Source: an uncultured Candidatus Rokubacteria bacterium (GTDB lineage Bacteria; Methylomirabilota; Methylomirabilia; Rokubacteriales; CSP1-6). From it: 64,000 nt of DNA. A program made the position numbers and the translations under genes. How positions within the stretch are numbered: position 1 is the stretch's first letter; the number at the start of each line of letters is the position of its first letter. The notes under the pieces were generated by a model that worked only from the letters and a program-made list of their open reading frames with translations, was not told where the DNA came from and made no database searches. Shown one piece after another: positions 29,349 to 41,584 of the stretch. The stretch spans positions 64,001 to 128,000 of the forward strand of contig CAVYTA010000001.1 in assembly GCA_963771355.1 (NCBI GenBank), given 5' to 3'.

Positions 29349-30410
29349 CAGGCGTTCCTGTAGGCGGCCAGCACCGCCTGCGCCATCGCGCGGGTGGTGG
29401 CGGTGCCGCCCTGGTCGGGAGTGAGGGTCTTGCCGTCGCGGTAGACGCGGCCCACCGCGGCCTCGAGGCGCTGGGCATCGGCGCCCAGGCCCATGTGCTC
29501 GAGCATGAGCGCGGCGGAGAGAATGGTCGCGGTGGGATTGGCGATGCCGCGTCCCGCGATGTCGGGAGCGGAGCCATGGACCGACTCGAAATACGCCCAG
29601 CCGTCGTCGCCGAAGTTGCCCGAGGGCGCCAGCCCGAGCCCGCCGGCGGTCTCCGCGCCCAGGTCCGAGAGGATGTCGCCGTAGAGGTTCATGCAGAGGA
29701 CCACGTCCATGGACTTCGGGAAAGCGCACCAGGCGCCGCGCGGCGTCGTCCACGTGGAAGTGCTCGAACTCGATCCCGCTCGCCGCGCGCACCACGCGCT
29801 CGGCGATCTCCTGGAAGAGCCCGTCGGTCTGGCGCATCACGTTCGACTTGGTGACGCAGGTCACCTTGCCGGGCTTGCCCCGCGCCTTGCGCTTCTTGGC
29901 GAGATCGGCGGCGAAGCGGGCGATGCGCTCGGCGCCGCGCGGCGTGACCACCTTCACCGCGAAGCGGCCCTCGGTGCCGTACTCCTTCAGGGTCCGCCCG
30001 GTGCGGTCGCTGAGGTCGGGCATGAGCCGGACGAGATCGGCCAGCTGGCCCTCGCGCCCCGGATAGATCCCTTCGCTGTTCTCGCGGAGGAGCACATAGT
30101 CGATGCCCTCGGGATCGGCCAGCGGCGAGCGCATCCCCGGGTAGAACCGGATCGGCCGGATGCCGGCCCACGCGCTCATCTCCCAGCGAAGCCAGGACAC
30201 CACCTGCGAGGTGGCCGGACCGGCGGCGCCGAAGAGTACGCCATCCGCCTCGCGCGCGGCCCGCTTGGTTTCCTCCGGCAGCGGCGCGCCCTGTGGCGGC
30301 GTGAGAATCTTGAGCGGCAGGCCCGTGCCCATCAGGAGCTCGCAGGTGGCGTCCACCACCTCGATCCCGATGCCCTCGCCGGGCAGCGCGACGATCGTCT
30401 TCATGGCCAT
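29348..30410 (-). CDS. Isocitrate/isopropylmalate/tartrate dehydrogenase family, frameshift near 29715
   Basis: [20 protein letters not shown], then in a second frame NLYGDILSD and [13 protein letters not shown]. Confidence 0.88.
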
Positions 30411-30444
30411 CAGGGATTCCTCCTTTGGAGGGCCTACGATAGCA

Positions 30445-31923
30445 CTAGAGTGGTTGCTGCGACTGGGCCAGGCAGAAGGCGTTGAGATAGGGCTCGAGCG
30501 CGCGGGACAGCTCGCGCCGCCCGTGGGTCGCGGTGGCGAGCCGCTCCACCGCCTCGGCGACGCGGTCGCGGAGCCGTGCTTCATCCACCGAAACCATCCG
30601 ACCGCCCTGAAGGACCCAGCGTCCCGCGATCATCACCCCATCGATGGCCAGCCCGCTCTCGCCATTCACGACCTGGAGCGTCACGTCGCGCAACGGCACG
30701 TAGCTCACGTGCCGGAGATCGAGAAAGACCAGATCGGCCTGGTACCCCTCGGCGACGCGGCCGAGCTGGGGAAAGCCGAGCAGAGCGGCGCCGCCGGCGG
30801 TGGCCATCAGGAGGACGTCATCGACCGAGAGCCACTCACGCGGATCACCGGTACGGACGCGGGAGAGATAGGCGGCGAGACGGAGGGCCTCGAACACGCT
30901 TTGAGAATCCGAGGTGTTGGCGCCGTCGGTGCCGATCGCCATCCGGACGCCGGCGGCGTGGAGCGCGTGAGCGGGCGCGATGCCCGAGCCGAGGCGAAGA
31001 TTGCTCAGGGGATTGTGGGCCACCGCCGCTCCGCGGTCGGCCAGGCGACGGATGTCGTCGGCGTCGATCCAGATCGCATGCGCCGCGCTGAACGCCGGCC
31101 CGAGCAAGCCGAGTGACTCGAGGTGGGCGGTGAGGCTCCGGCCGTAGCGCGCTCGGCCCGCGAGCGCCTGCACCTTCGACTCCGCGAGGTGGGTCTGGAG
31201 CGGCGCATGCCACTCCCGCGCCAGATCCCGGCAGCCGGTGAGCAGCTCGTCCGTGCAGTGGAGCGGGATGGTAGGTCCGAGGCCGGGAAGGAGCCGGGAG
31301 CGATCGAAGGGCCAGCGCTGGAGAATCTCGCGGCAGGCGGCGAGGCTGGTCTCGGTGGGCGCGGCCTGGATGCGGCGGAGCCGCTCGCGCTCCGCTTCCG
31401 GAAACGCGTCCAGCAGGCCGGGGATGGCCGCATAGAGCGTGCGATCGCTGATCATCGGGGCCACCACCGCGCGGAGCCCGACTTCGCGATAGCCCTCCGC
31501 CACCGCGAACACCCCCTCGACGCTCGGGACGGGAAACTCGACGAAGAGGTCATAGCAGGCGGTGGAGCCCTTGCGCACCATCTCCACCGCCGAGAGCATC
31601 GCGCAGAGCCGCTTGTCCTCGAGCGTCCGCTCGGCGGTGATGGTGGGGTTCGCGTTGAGCAAGAGCTCCAGCGACCAGCGATCGCCCGCGAGGCCCTTGC
31701 CGAGGGCGCCGTGGGCATGCGTGTGGGCGTTGACGAGCCCGGGCAGGAGCAGGCGATCCCGCGCGTCGATGACCTCGGCCTCGGGCGGCGCGGCGAGCCC
31801 GGGCGGGCCGACCGCGCGAATGGTGTCGCCCTCGAGCAGGACGTCAGCGGGCTCCCCGCGATGAGCGGGCAGGCTCAGGATGCGGCCGCCACGGATGACC
31901 TGGAACCGGCGCGGGGCGGACAT
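30445..31923 (-). CDS. Amidohydrolase (AtzA/TrzA/deaminase-like)
   Basis: PGLVNAHTH, THLAE, AHAIW, HNPLSNLRLGSG, IGTDG. Confidence 0.9.
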   Translation of the reverse strand: MSAPRRFQVIRGGRILSLPAHRGEPADVLLEGDTIRAVGPPGLAAPPEAEVIDARDRLLLPGLVNAHTHAHGALGKGLAGDRWSLELLLNANPTITAERTLEDKRLCAMLSAVEMVRKGSTACYDLFVEFPVPSVEGVFAVAEGYREVGLRAVVAPMISDRTLYAAIPGLLDAFPEAERERLRRIQAAPTETSLAACREILQRWPFDRSRLLPGLGPTIPLHCTDELLTGCRDLAREWHAPLQTHLAESKVQALAGRARYGRSLTAHLESLGLLGPAFSAAHAIWIDADDIRRLADRGAAVAHNPLSNLRLGSGIAPAHALHAAGVRMAIGTDGANTSDSQSVFEALRLAAYLSRVRTGDPREWLSVDDVLLMATAGGAALLGFPQLGRVAEGYQADLVFLDLRHVSYVPLRDVTLQVVNGESGLAIDGVMIAGRWVLQGGRMVSVDEARLRDRVAEAVERLATATHGRRELSRALEPYLNAFCLAQSQQPL

Positions 31924-31928
31924 GACGG

Positions 31929-33010
<1,082 letters not shown>

Positions 33011-33014
<4 letters not shown>

Positions 33015-34519
33015 GCGCCCGGCCAGGGCCGAATCGCCGGTGGGAACTCCTCGTCGAGGCTGCGGCCGGCCCAATGATAGGCGGGGAAGCCCGCCCACAC
33101 CCGCTCCGCGGAGCGCCGCGCGGCCGACCGCACCTCGGTCTCGTCGCACACGAGGAGGCGCTTGTTCTCGAGCAGCACCCGCCCATCGCAGATCACCGTG
33201 TGCACCATGTCCGGCGAGCCCTGGTAGATGAGGGCGCGAATGGGATCCGTGAAGGGCCCGATGTGCAGGTTGTCCCAGTCCAGCATCACGATGTCGGCCT
33301 TGGCTCCAGGAGCGAGCCGCCCCAGGTCGTCCCGGCGGAGGGCGCGCGCTCCCCCGAGGTTGGACGCGTTGAAGACCGCCATCGCCGGCGCTGCCTCGTG
33401 GCTCTGCTCGAAGAGCTTGCAGGCGAGCGCCGCCGTCCGCATCTCGCTCAGGATGTCGAGTGGATAGACGTCGGTGCCCATCACCATGTTGACGCCGGCG
33501 GCGCGGTAGCGGTCGAAGCTCTCCAGCGTGATCCCGCGTCGGGCGAAGCCGGCCGGCGCGTGCACCACCGACGCGCCCGAGCTCGCGAGGATCTCGAGAT
33601 CGCCCCCATGCGGGTAGGCGGTGGCGCGGTGTCCGCTCAGGTAGACGGCATGCGCGAGGAGGACGTCGGGCCCGAGGATCCCTTCGTCGCGCAGCACCGC
33701 CGCCGGAGTCTTGCCGGTGTCCCGCACCGTGTCCAGGAATTCCATCACCTGCTCGCAGAAGTGCATGGTGAGCCCGACTCCCAGCCGGGTCGCCAGGACG
33801 CGGGCCTCGCGCAAGAGGCGCGGCGTGGCGTTGTAGAACTCGTCGACGGTGACCAGGCCGCGCACCCGGCCGTCGGCGGCGCCGTCGTAGCTCTCGATGA
33901 AGGCGGCGGTCGCCTCCAGCGCCCGGAGACCGGCGGCCTCGTCGATCACCCGGTGGAGGCGGCCGTCGCCGTCGAAGAAATAGCGGCCGCTCAGGGCCAC
34001 CGGCGCGTGATAGATCCGCACGCCGAAGGCGGTCGTCTCCTCCACCATGGTCGCTCCCGCATCCGGTCCGCCCGGCGCGAAGGGGATCACGGTGGTGATA
34101 CCGTGGCGGACCAGCGAGGCGAGCCCGAACCGCAGGGAGGCCCGCCCGTCGGCGTCCCGCATGAACGACGTGCCGCCGTCGCCGCGCGTGGGCAGATAGT
34201 TGAGAAAGCCCGACCGGAAGAAGTCGCGTCGGCCGCCATCGATCAAGAGCCGGCCGCCCTCCTGCGCGGAGACGTGCGCATGCCCGCTGATCTGCCCCGG
34301 GATCACCAGCTTGCCCCGCGCATCGATGGTCTGCGCCCGCGGCCCGGCATAGGCACTGCCCACGTGCACGATGCGATCGGCGGCATAGACGACGACGCCG
34401 TCCCGGATGAGGCGATGCTCGGTCCCGTCGAAAGCGACGACCAGGCCGCCCTCGATGCACGTGCGGGGCGCCGTCGAGGTCCCCGTGACCGTCCCCGTGG
34501 TGGTCCCCGTCGAGGTCAT
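33011..34519 (-). CDS. Amidohydrolase (chlorohydrolase/deaminase-like)
   Basis: PGQISGHAH, MHFCE, LAHAVY, MGTD, GAKADIV. Confidence 0.88.
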
Positions 34520-35349
34520 GCGTGGATGGCTCCGCCGCGGAGGCGCTCGCTGCGGCGACGCAGGAGCTCGACCACCGCCATGAGGATGAGGGAGACGGCG
34601 ATCAGCACGACGGCGGCGGCGACTACGGTGGGGCTCATGGTCTCGCTGACGCCGCTGAAGATCTGCCGGGGCAAGGTCCGCTGCTCGGGACTGCCCACGA
34701 AGAGGATGACGAGGAGCTCGTCGAACGAGGTCACGAAGGCGAAGACCGCTCCGGACAGGACGCCGGGGAGGATCAGCGGCAGCGTGACCATCCGGAAGGT
34801 CTGGAGCGGCGAGGCGCCGAGGCTGGCCGCCGCTCGCGGCAGGTTTTGATCGAAGCCCTGCAGGGTGGCCGCGATGGTGATGACGACGAAGGGAAGCGCC
34901 AGCACGGTATGCGCGAGCACCAGCCCTCCGAACGTGCCCACCAGACCGAGCCGCGCATAGTAGTAGAACAGCGCCACCGCGACCATGACCGGCGGGATGA
35001 TGAGGGGCAGGGCGAGCAATCCGAAGAGCACGGGCTTGAGCCGGCTGCGCAGCCCCTGCAGCCCGAAGGCGGCCAGCAGTCCGACCGTGGTCGCCACCAC
35101 CGTCGTCACCACCGCCAGCACGAGACTGTTCCAGGTGGACTGCGTCCAGAGAGGGCCCGTCGTGAATTCGCGGTACCAGCGCAGGGACCAGGCCGGCAGC
35201 GGGTAGACGAGCAGCTCCCCCGAGGTGAAGGACAGCGGCAGGATGACCAGGATGGGCAGGATCAGGTAGCCCATCACGAGCAGGGTGAGCGCGCGGATGC
35301 CGACGTGGGAGAGCCGCTCCAGCCAGGTGGCGTGCGGGGGCAGGGCCAT
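34516..35349 (-). CDS. ABC permease (PotC-like)
   Basis: SLRWY, AHTVLALPFV, AAASLGA, FVTSFDE. Confidence 0.92.
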   Translation of the reverse strand: MALPPHATWLERLSHVGIRALTLLVMGYLILPILVILPLSFTSGELLVYPLPAWSLRWYREFTTGPLWTQSTWNSLVLAVVTTVVATTVGLLAAFGLQGLRSRLKPVLFGLLALPLIIPPVMVAVALFYYYARLGLVGTFGGLVLAHTVLALPFVVITIAATLQGFDQNLPRAAASLGASPLQTFRMVTLPLILPGVLSGAVFAFVTSFDELLVILFVGSPEQRTLPRQIFSGVSETMSPTVVAAAVVLIAVSLILMAVVELLRRRSERLRGGAIHA

Positions 35350-35350
35350 G

Positions 35351-36568
35351 TCAGCGCACCGCGAGACGGTCCAGGCCGACGATGCGCCCGAGCACGAGGT
35401 AGATCAGGGAGACCACGATGAGCAGAATGGTGCCCAGGGCGGAGGCCATGCCCCAGTTCACCGCGATATTGGTGAAGTAGGCGATGAAATACCCGATCAT
35501 CTGGTCGCCCGGCCCGCCCACCAGGGCCGGCGTGACGTAGTAGCCGAGCGCGAGGACGAAGACGAGGCTGGCCCCCGCGGCGATGCCGGGAAGCGCCTGC
35601 GGGACATAGACTCGCAGGAAGGCCGTCCAGGGCGGCGCCCCCAGCGACGAGGCCGCGCGCATCAGCTCGGGCGGGATGCCCTTCAGCACGCTGTAGAGCG
35701 GCAGCACCATGAAGGGCAGCAGCACGTGCACCATGGCGATGTACAGGCCGAGCCGGTTGAAGATCAGGGGCATCGGCCTGTCGATCACGCCGAGCCCGAC
35801 GAGCGCCTGGTTCACCACGCCCTGGTTCTGGAGCAGGATGACCCACGCGGTGCTCCGCACGAGGAGCGAGGTCCAGAAGGGAATGAGGACGAGGATGAGG
35901 AGTGCGTTGGCGCGCGCCGGCGACGAGCCGGCCATGGTGGCCGCGACCGGGAAGCCCAGCAAGACACACAGGAGGGTGACCACCACGCTGATCGACAGCG
36001 TCCGGCCCAGCAGGCCGAGGAAAATGGCGGAGTCGCCGGGGACCCGCTCCAGGTCCCCGCTGGTGCCGTGCCGCAGGTCGAGCGCGGTGAGGAGGTAGAA
36101 CGGCGTGAGCACGTGCCGCTCGCGCCGGATGGTTTGCCAGTAGATGGATTCGCCCCAGCGGGCGTCGATGGAAACGAGCTGCTCGCGCATGCTTCCCGGG
36201 CGCTGGAGATCCACGCGATTGCCGGTGCCGGTGATCAGGCCCCGGAAGCCCGGCAGGTTGTGATTGAGCCGGCGGCCGAGGAGAGGCAGCGCGGTGCTGC
36301 CGGATAGGGCGACGAGGTCCTCGGCCACCGCGCGGTAGGCGGCTTCGTCGGGGAGGCCGCTCCCGTTCCAGTGCGCGAGGGTGGCCACGGTACGCGGCAG
36401 CCACCCCGGCACGTCCGAGTTGTCCACGCTCCGGAAGAGGAAGAAGCCGAGGGGCGCGACGAAGAACAGCGCGAGGAAGACGATGGACGGCGCCACCAGG
36501 GCGAGCATGACGACCTGATGGCGCCGTTGCGCGCGGCGGACCCGCGCGGGGAGGTCCGTCGTCCTCAC
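35351..36568 (-). CDS. ABC permease (PotB-like)
   Basis: PFWTSLLVR, LPFMVLPLY, RAASSLGA, YYVTPALVGG. Confidence 0.92.
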   Translation of the reverse strand: MRTTDLPARVRRAQRRHQVVMLALVAPSIVFLALFFVAPLGFFLFRSVDNSDVPGWLPRTVATLAHWNGSGLPDEAAYRAVAEDLVALSGSTALPLLGRRLNHNLPGFRGLITGTGNRVDLQRPGSMREQLVSIDARWGESIYWQTIRRERHVLTPFYLLTALDLRHGTSGDLERVPGDSAIFLGLLGRTLSISVVVTLLCVLLGFPVAATMAGSSPARANALLILVLIPFWTSLLVRSTAWVILLQNQGVVNQALVGLGVIDRPMPLIFNRLGLYIAMVHVLLPFMVLPLYSVLKGIPPELMRAASSLGAPPWTAFLRVYVPQALPGIAAGASLVFVLALGYYVTPALVGGPGDQMIGYFIAYFTNIAVNWGMASALGTILLIVVSLIYLVLGRIVGLDRLAVR

Positions 36569-37635
36569 TGAGCCGCGAACTTCACGAATCTCTGGAGCAG
36601 CGAGTCGCCGTTGGCCAGCCAGAATCCCAGGTACAGCTTCCCGAGCTGGAGCGAGGCCTTGTCCATGTGCTGGCCGGGCAGGGTGGCCTTTTCCGCGTCG
36701 GTGAGCAGCGCGTAGGCATCGCGGTTCGCCGGCCCGTAGCTGATCACGCGCACGAAGTCGGCCTGCTGCGGCGCCCCCACCGCGTACTGGATGAACTTGA
36801 TGGCCAGGTCCTTGTTCTTCGAGCCCTTCATGATGGCCCAGTACTGGCAGCCCGACACGTGGCCGGCGCCGAGCTCCATCTTGAGATTGAGGTTGTTCGT
36901 CTTGTTGGCGGACGCCACCCGGCCATTCCAGGCGTACGCCATCGCCACCTCACCCGACGCGAGAAGGGTGATGGACTCGGCTCCGTTCTTCCACCAGTGG
37001 ATGTGCGGCTTGAGCTCGTCCAGCTTCTTGAGCGCCCGCTCCACGCCGCCCGGCGCGGCCAGCACCTCCATCACCTTGGCCGGCGGCACGCCGTCCGCCA
37101 TGAGGGCGATCTCGAAGGTCTGCTCGGCCCGGTAGAGCAGACCGCGCTTCCCCGGCCACTTCGTCACGTTCCAGAAATCGGCCCAGGTCTTCGGTCCATC
37201 CTTGATCCGGTTGCCGTCGTACGCCAGTCCTCCGGACACGAAGAGGTAGGGCACGCCGCACTCGCTGATGCCGCCCACCTCGCGGAAGAGCCTCGGGTCG
37301 AGGTGCTTCGACCAATCCACCTTCTCGAGCAGGCCTTCCTCACAGCCCGTCGCCACGTTGATGGCGGTGGTGGTGACGATGTCCCAGATCAGGTTGCCGG
37401 TCTCGACCTGGGAGCGGATCTTGGCCAGCTCCTGGTTGAACGATTCTTCCTGGATCTGGATCTTGTTCGCATTGGCGAATGGCCCATAGAACACTTTCCG
37501 CTCCGCGTCGGCGCTGGAGCCTCCCGCGTTGCCGACGGTGAACTTGGCCTGGGCGCCGGCGTCAGGCGGGGCGATCCCACCCACTAAGGTCAGCGTGGCG
37601 GCGAGGGCGATCCAGAAACGCGATGTGCTCAGCAT
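36565..37635 (-). CDS. ABC substrate-binding protein (PotD/polyamine-opine class)
   Basis: Signal peptide ending AGA-Q, WADFWNVTKWPGKR, EIALMADGV, YAWNGR. Confidence 0.9.
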   Translation of the reverse strand: MLSTSRFWIALAATLTLVGGIAPPDAGAQAKFTVGNAGGSSADAERKVFYGPFANANKIQIQEESFNQELAKIRSQVETGNLIWDIVTTTAINVATGCEEGLLEKVDWSKHLDPRLFREVGGISECGVPYLFVSGGLAYDGNRIKDGPKTWADFWNVTKWPGKRGLLYRAEQTFEIALMADGVPPAKVMEVLAAPGGVERALKKLDELKPHIHWWKNGAESITLLASGEVAMAYAWNGRVASANKTNNLNLKMELGAGHVSGCQYWAIMKGSKNKDLAIKFIQYAVGAPQQADFVRVISYGPANRDAYALLTDAEKATLPGQHMDKASLQLGKLYLGFWLANGDSLLQRFVKFAAQ

Positions 37636-37793
37636 GGGATCCTCCGGACCAGCGGGCAAGTGAAGTAGAGCGCTCGGCTCGGGCGACGGCACCGTGGCCC
37701 CCGACGCAGGTGACCAATGGCGCAAGCCTCGTCGAACTCCTCGGCGATGTCAATACGCCGGGGGGCCCGCCGACTGCGCTAGAATCCTGCCCC

Positions 37794-39218
37794 ATGAGCC
37801 CCGCCCCGCCGTCCTCCGCCCGCCGATCCGTCGACGCCATCGTGCTCGGCCGCGTGGTCACGCTGAACCGGGCCCGTGACGTTCTGCTCGATGGCGCGGT
37901 CGCCATCGCGGGCGGGGACATCGTGGCGGTGGGCCCGCGAGAGGAGGTTCTCCGCTCGAATCAGGCGCGTCAGACGATCGGGGGGCCTCGCGCCATCGTC
38001 CTTCCCGGCATGATCGACACCCACACGCATTGCACGCAGTGTTTCGTCCGTGCCCTCACCGCCAACGAGCTGCCGATGATCCCTCGGGTGTACGTCCCCG
38101 CTCAGCGCTCGCTGTCGCCGGCGCAGGCGCATGCGACGGTCCGGCTCATCGCCGCCCAGCTCATCCGCGCGGGCGTCACCACGCTGTGCGACGGGACGGT
38201 GATCGGGGCGCACGAGGAGGCCACCCTCGCGGCCCTCGAAGAGGTCGGGATCCGCGCGTGCGTGGCCCGCGGCGCCCCCGACCAGGACTTCACGCACGCC
38301 GCGCTCTACAGCCAGCTCTCCGAGCGGTCCTCGGTCACGCCGCGGCCGGGCGAGGCGGAGGCGGAGCTCACGCGGACGGCGGCCTTCCTCGCGCGCTACC
38401 CGGCCCGTGGCGCCGGGCTGATCCGAGGCGCGGTCAACGTCTCGGCCCTGCCGAGCTTCTCGGAGACCTACTTCCGTCTCGCCGCTGCGCTGGCGCGAGA
38501 GCGCGACGCCACCCTCCAGGTGCACGTGGCGCGCGACCGCGAGGAGGTGGAGTTCGCGCTCTCGGTGTGGGGGCGCCGGCCCATCGAACGCCTGGCCGAC
38601 ATGGGTGTCATCGATCGCCATCTGGTTGCCGTGCACGCCGTGCTCGCGAGCGGGCCCGAGATCGACCTGCTCGCGAAGGGCGGCGCCGCGCTGACCCACT
38701 CCCCCATGGAGTGCGTCTACAACCTGAATGCCATCCCCGACGTGCAGCGGTTCCGGAACGCGGGGATCCCCGTCGGCCTCGGCTGCGACAATCAGGGCAA
38801 TGACATGCTGGCGACCATGCGGGCGACGCTCCTCATCCAGGGGGCGGTGTGGGGCATCCCGCGCTATGAGCCCGACTATCTGACCGCGGACGACGTGCTG
38901 GAGATGTCCACCATCGAAGCTGCGCGCGTCCTGCGCTGGGACGATCGGATCGGATCGCTCGAGGCGGGCAAGGCCGCCGACGTCACCGTGCTCGATGGCG
39001 ACGCGCCGCACCTCGTGCCCACTCAGGACCTCGTGACCGAGATCGTGCGCTTCGCCACCCGCGCCGAGGTGACCCACGTGATGGTGAACGGCCGACTGCT
39101 CCTCGACCAGGGCCGGCACACGACGATCGATCTGGAGAAGCTGCGCGGGGAGGCGGAGGCCGGGGCGGCCCATGTCCACGCGATGGTAGCGGGGAGGCGC
39201 TACCGACCCCTCCGCTAG
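37794..39218 (+). CDS. Amidohydrolase (deaminase-like), divergent from the ABC operon
   Basis: PGMIDTHTH, QVHVA, AVHAV, LGCD, IGSLEAGKAAD. Confidence 0.88.
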   Translation: MSPAPPSSARRSVDAIVLGRVVTLNRARDVLLDGAVAIAGGDIVAVGPREEVLRSNQARQTIGGPRAIVLPGMIDTHTHCTQCFVRALTANELPMIPRVYVPAQRSLSPAQAHATVRLIAAQLIRAGVTTLCDGTVIGAHEEATLAALEEVGIRACVARGAPDQDFTHAALYSQLSERSSVTPRPGEAEAELTRTAAFLARYPARGAGLIRGAVNVSALPSFSETYFRLAAALARERDATLQVHVARDREEVEFALSVWGRRPIERLADMGVIDRHLVAVHAVLASGPEIDLLAKGGAALTHSPMECVYNLNAIPDVQRFRNAGIPVGLGCDNQGNDMLATMRATLLIQGAVWGIPRYEPDYLTADDVLEMSTIEAARVLRWDDRIGSLEAGKAADVTVLDGDAPHLVPTQDLVTEIVRFATRAEVTHVMVNGRLLLDQGRHTTIDLEKLRGEAEAGAAHVHAMVAGRRYRPLR

Positions 39219-39343
39219 CACTTGCCTGTCCTCGGTCGCCCCGCGCCGCTATACGTCCTTCGTCCAATATCCCGCCCGGGATCGTCGCGCCTAAAGTGAG
39301 GACACTCTCGCCCGTGCTTTCAACCGAGAGTCAGGAGACCCAC

Positions 39344-39970
39344 ATGACGACGGTGAATCTTCGAGGCGGATGGCGGTGGCTCGCGATTGTGGGGATGGTG
39401 CTCGGCACCGTCTCGGGCGCGCAGGCCGGCCCGGTCACGGACCAGCTCAGGGATGATCTGGCCCGGGTGTTCCGGGTCATCGAGGAGACCAGCGTCGAGC
39501 GCGCCGGCGCGAACGGCATCGACGTGGGAAAGCGCCGCGAAGCGATCCGGAGGGTCGCCGCCCCCGTCTTCGACTGGCGCGAGATGACCAGCCGCACCCT
39601 CGGGCAGCACTGGCAGGCGCGCAGCGAGGCGGAGCGGACGGAGTTCGTGCAGATCTTCAGCGACCTCGTCAATCGCGCGTACATCACCCAGCTCGAGCGC
39701 TACAGCGGCGAGGCCATCCGCTACATCAGTGAGCGGATCGAGGGGGACCTGGGAGGGGTGAGCACCCGGTTCGTGACCAAGCAGGGCCGGGAGATCCCGG
39801 TCGACTACCGGGTCATCAGCCGCGACGGACGCTGGCGCATCTACGACGTGGTCGTGCAGGGCGTGAGCCTCGTGAGCAACTACCGCTCCCAGTTCGACAA
39901 GGTGATCCGGAGCTCGTCCTATCCCGAGCTGGTCAAGCGGATCAGGGACATGGACGTCGCCGCCCGCTAG
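39344..39970 (+). CDS. mlaC: MlaC/Ttg2D phospholipid-binding periplasmic protein
   Basis: Signal peptide, FDWREMTSRTLGQHW, WRIYDVVVQGVSLVSNYRSQF. Confidence 0.88.
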   Translation: MTTVNLRGGWRWLAIVGMVLGTVSGAQAGPVTDQLRDDLARVFRVIEETSVERAGANGIDVGKRREAIRRVAAPVFDWREMTSRTLGQHWQARSEAERTEFVQIFSDLVNRAYITQLERYSGEAIRYISERIEGDLGGVSTRFVTKQGREIPVDYRVISRDGRWRIYDVVVQGVSLVSNYRSQFDKVIRSSSYPELVKRIRDMDVAAR

Positions 39971-40027
39971 TCCCTCGAGACCTCGGACGGGCACCCCTCA
40001 CAGCGCGCGGGCCCGAGATGGACTATC

Positions 40028-41584
40028 ATGGGCCCGATGAGGCAGGTGGCCCGCCTGCTCGCCCTTCTCGCCCTGTCCGTGGCGGGGCTCGTCTCCGCCG
40101 CGCCGCCCGCGCGCGCGACCGACCCGCCGCCCGTCGGGCAGATCACCTACGCCGTCCACTTCACGCTGGCCCCGCGCTGGCTCGACCCCGGCGAGAACGA
40201 GGGCACGATCACGCCCTACATGATCTTCTACGCCGTCCACGACGCTCTCGTGAAGCCGATGCCCGCCGGCCCGACCACCGGGAGCCTCGCCGAGTCGTGG
40301 ACCGTCTCCCCGGACGGGCTGGTGATCGAGTTCCTGCTGCGGAACGGCGTTCGCTTCCACAATGGCGACCCGCTCACCGCGGAGGACGTGAAGTTCTCCT
40401 TCGAGCGCTACAAGGGCGCCTTCGGCGACCTCCTCAAGGACCGGGTGAAGGAGGTGCGGGTGGTGGACGCGCGTCGCGTCCAGTTCCGCCTCAAGGAGCC
40501 CTGGCCCGATTTCCTCACGTTCTACGGCACCACCGCCACCAGCGCGGGATGGATCGTGCCGAAGAAGTACGTCGAGAAGGTGGGCGAGGAGGGCTTCAAG
40601 AAGGCCCCGATCGGAGCGGGGCCCTACCGGGTGATCAACGTGGTGCCGGGCATCGAGATGACGCTGGAGGCGTTCGAAGGCTACTGGCGGAAAGTGCCGC
40701 GCGTGAAGCGGCTGGTGCTCCGCAGCCTCCCCGACGAGACCACGCGCGGCGCCGCGCTGAAGCGGGGCGATGTGGACATCGCCTATTTCCTCAACGGGCC
40801 CATCGCCGAGGAAGTGCGGCGCACGCCGGGGCTCAAGCTGATGGCGGTCCGGAGCAATGCCATTTTCTTCCTCGACTTTCGCGACCAGTGGGAGGCGGGC
40901 TCGCCCTGGCGCGATCCGCGGGTGCGGCGCGCGGCCAGCCTGGCGGTGGATCGACCCACCCTCAATGCCGCCGAGCAGCTCGGCTATGCGGGCCTCACCG
41001 GCAATATCGTGCCGAGGTCGATGGAGTTCGCCCTACCCATCGACCCGGATCCCTACGATCCGGCGCGGGCGCGGCGGCTCCTCGCCGAGGCGGGCCACCC
41101 GCGCGGGTTCGACGGCGGCGAGTTCACCATCGCGCCGCCTTATGAGGGCGCGGGCGAGGCCATCGCGAGCAACCTGGCCGCGGTGGGCATCCGGATGAAG
41201 ATCCGCACCATGGAGCGCGCGGCCTTCTTCTCCGCCTGGCGCGAGGGCAAGCTCAAGGGGGTGGTCTTCGGCGGCCTGGGTCCGGCCGGCAACGCCGCCT
41301 CGCGGCTGCAGATCCTGGCCATCAAGGGCGCGCCCTATGCGGCCGGCGTGCTGCCGGAAGTGCAGGACCTCTACGAGCAGCAGGCGCGCGAGCTCGACCG
41401 GCGCAAGCGCGAAGAGATCCTGCACCAGATCCAGCGGCTGCTCCACGAGCGGGCCGTCTACGCGCCGATCTGGGAGAACGGATTCATCCGCGGCGTGGGG
41501 CCGCGGGTGGACGAGCCGGCGCTCGCCCTCATCCCCTACTTCCCATACTCGGCCCCCTACGAGGAGCTGCGGCTCAAGCCATGA
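40028..41584 (+). CDS. ABC peptide/nickel substrate-binding protein (family 5)
   Basis: LAESW, FHNGDPLTAEDVKFS, PIGAGPY, DPRVRRA. Confidence 0.92.
   Translation: MGPMRQVARLLALLALSVAGLVSAAPPARATDPPPVGQITYAVHFTLAPRWLDPGENEGTITPYMIFYAVHDALVKPMPAGPTTGSLAESWTVSPDGLVIEFLLRNGVRFHNGDPLTAEDVKFSFERYKGAFGDLLKDRVKEVRVVDARRVQFRLKEPWPDFLTFYGTTATSAGWIVPKKYVEKVGEEGFKKAPIGAGPYRVINVVPGIEMTLEAFEGYWRKVPRVKRLVLRSLPDETTRGAALKRGDVDIAYFLNGPIAEEVRRTPGLKLMAVRSNAIFFLDFRDQWEAGSPWRDPRVRRAASLAVDRPTLNAAEQLGYAGLTGNIVPRSMEFALPIDPDPYDPARARRLLAEAGHPRGFDGGEFTIAPPYEGAGEAIASNLAAVGIRMKIRTMERAAFFSAWREGKLKGVVFGGLGPAGNAASRLQILAIKGAPYAAGVLPEVQDLYEQQARELDRRKREEILHQIQRLLHERAVYAPIWENGFIRGVGPRVDEPALALIPYFPYSAPYEELRLKP

Noticed and set aside
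28527..30584. 685-aa ORF as a dehydrogenase-PEP mutase fusion
   Set aside because: Artefact of a frameshift near 29715. The dehydrogenase C-terminus is in another frame and ends at 29348.
34468..34519. TSTGTTTGTVTGTST repeat at the amidohydrolase N-terminus
   Set aside because: A short low-complexity leader with no evidence of function.
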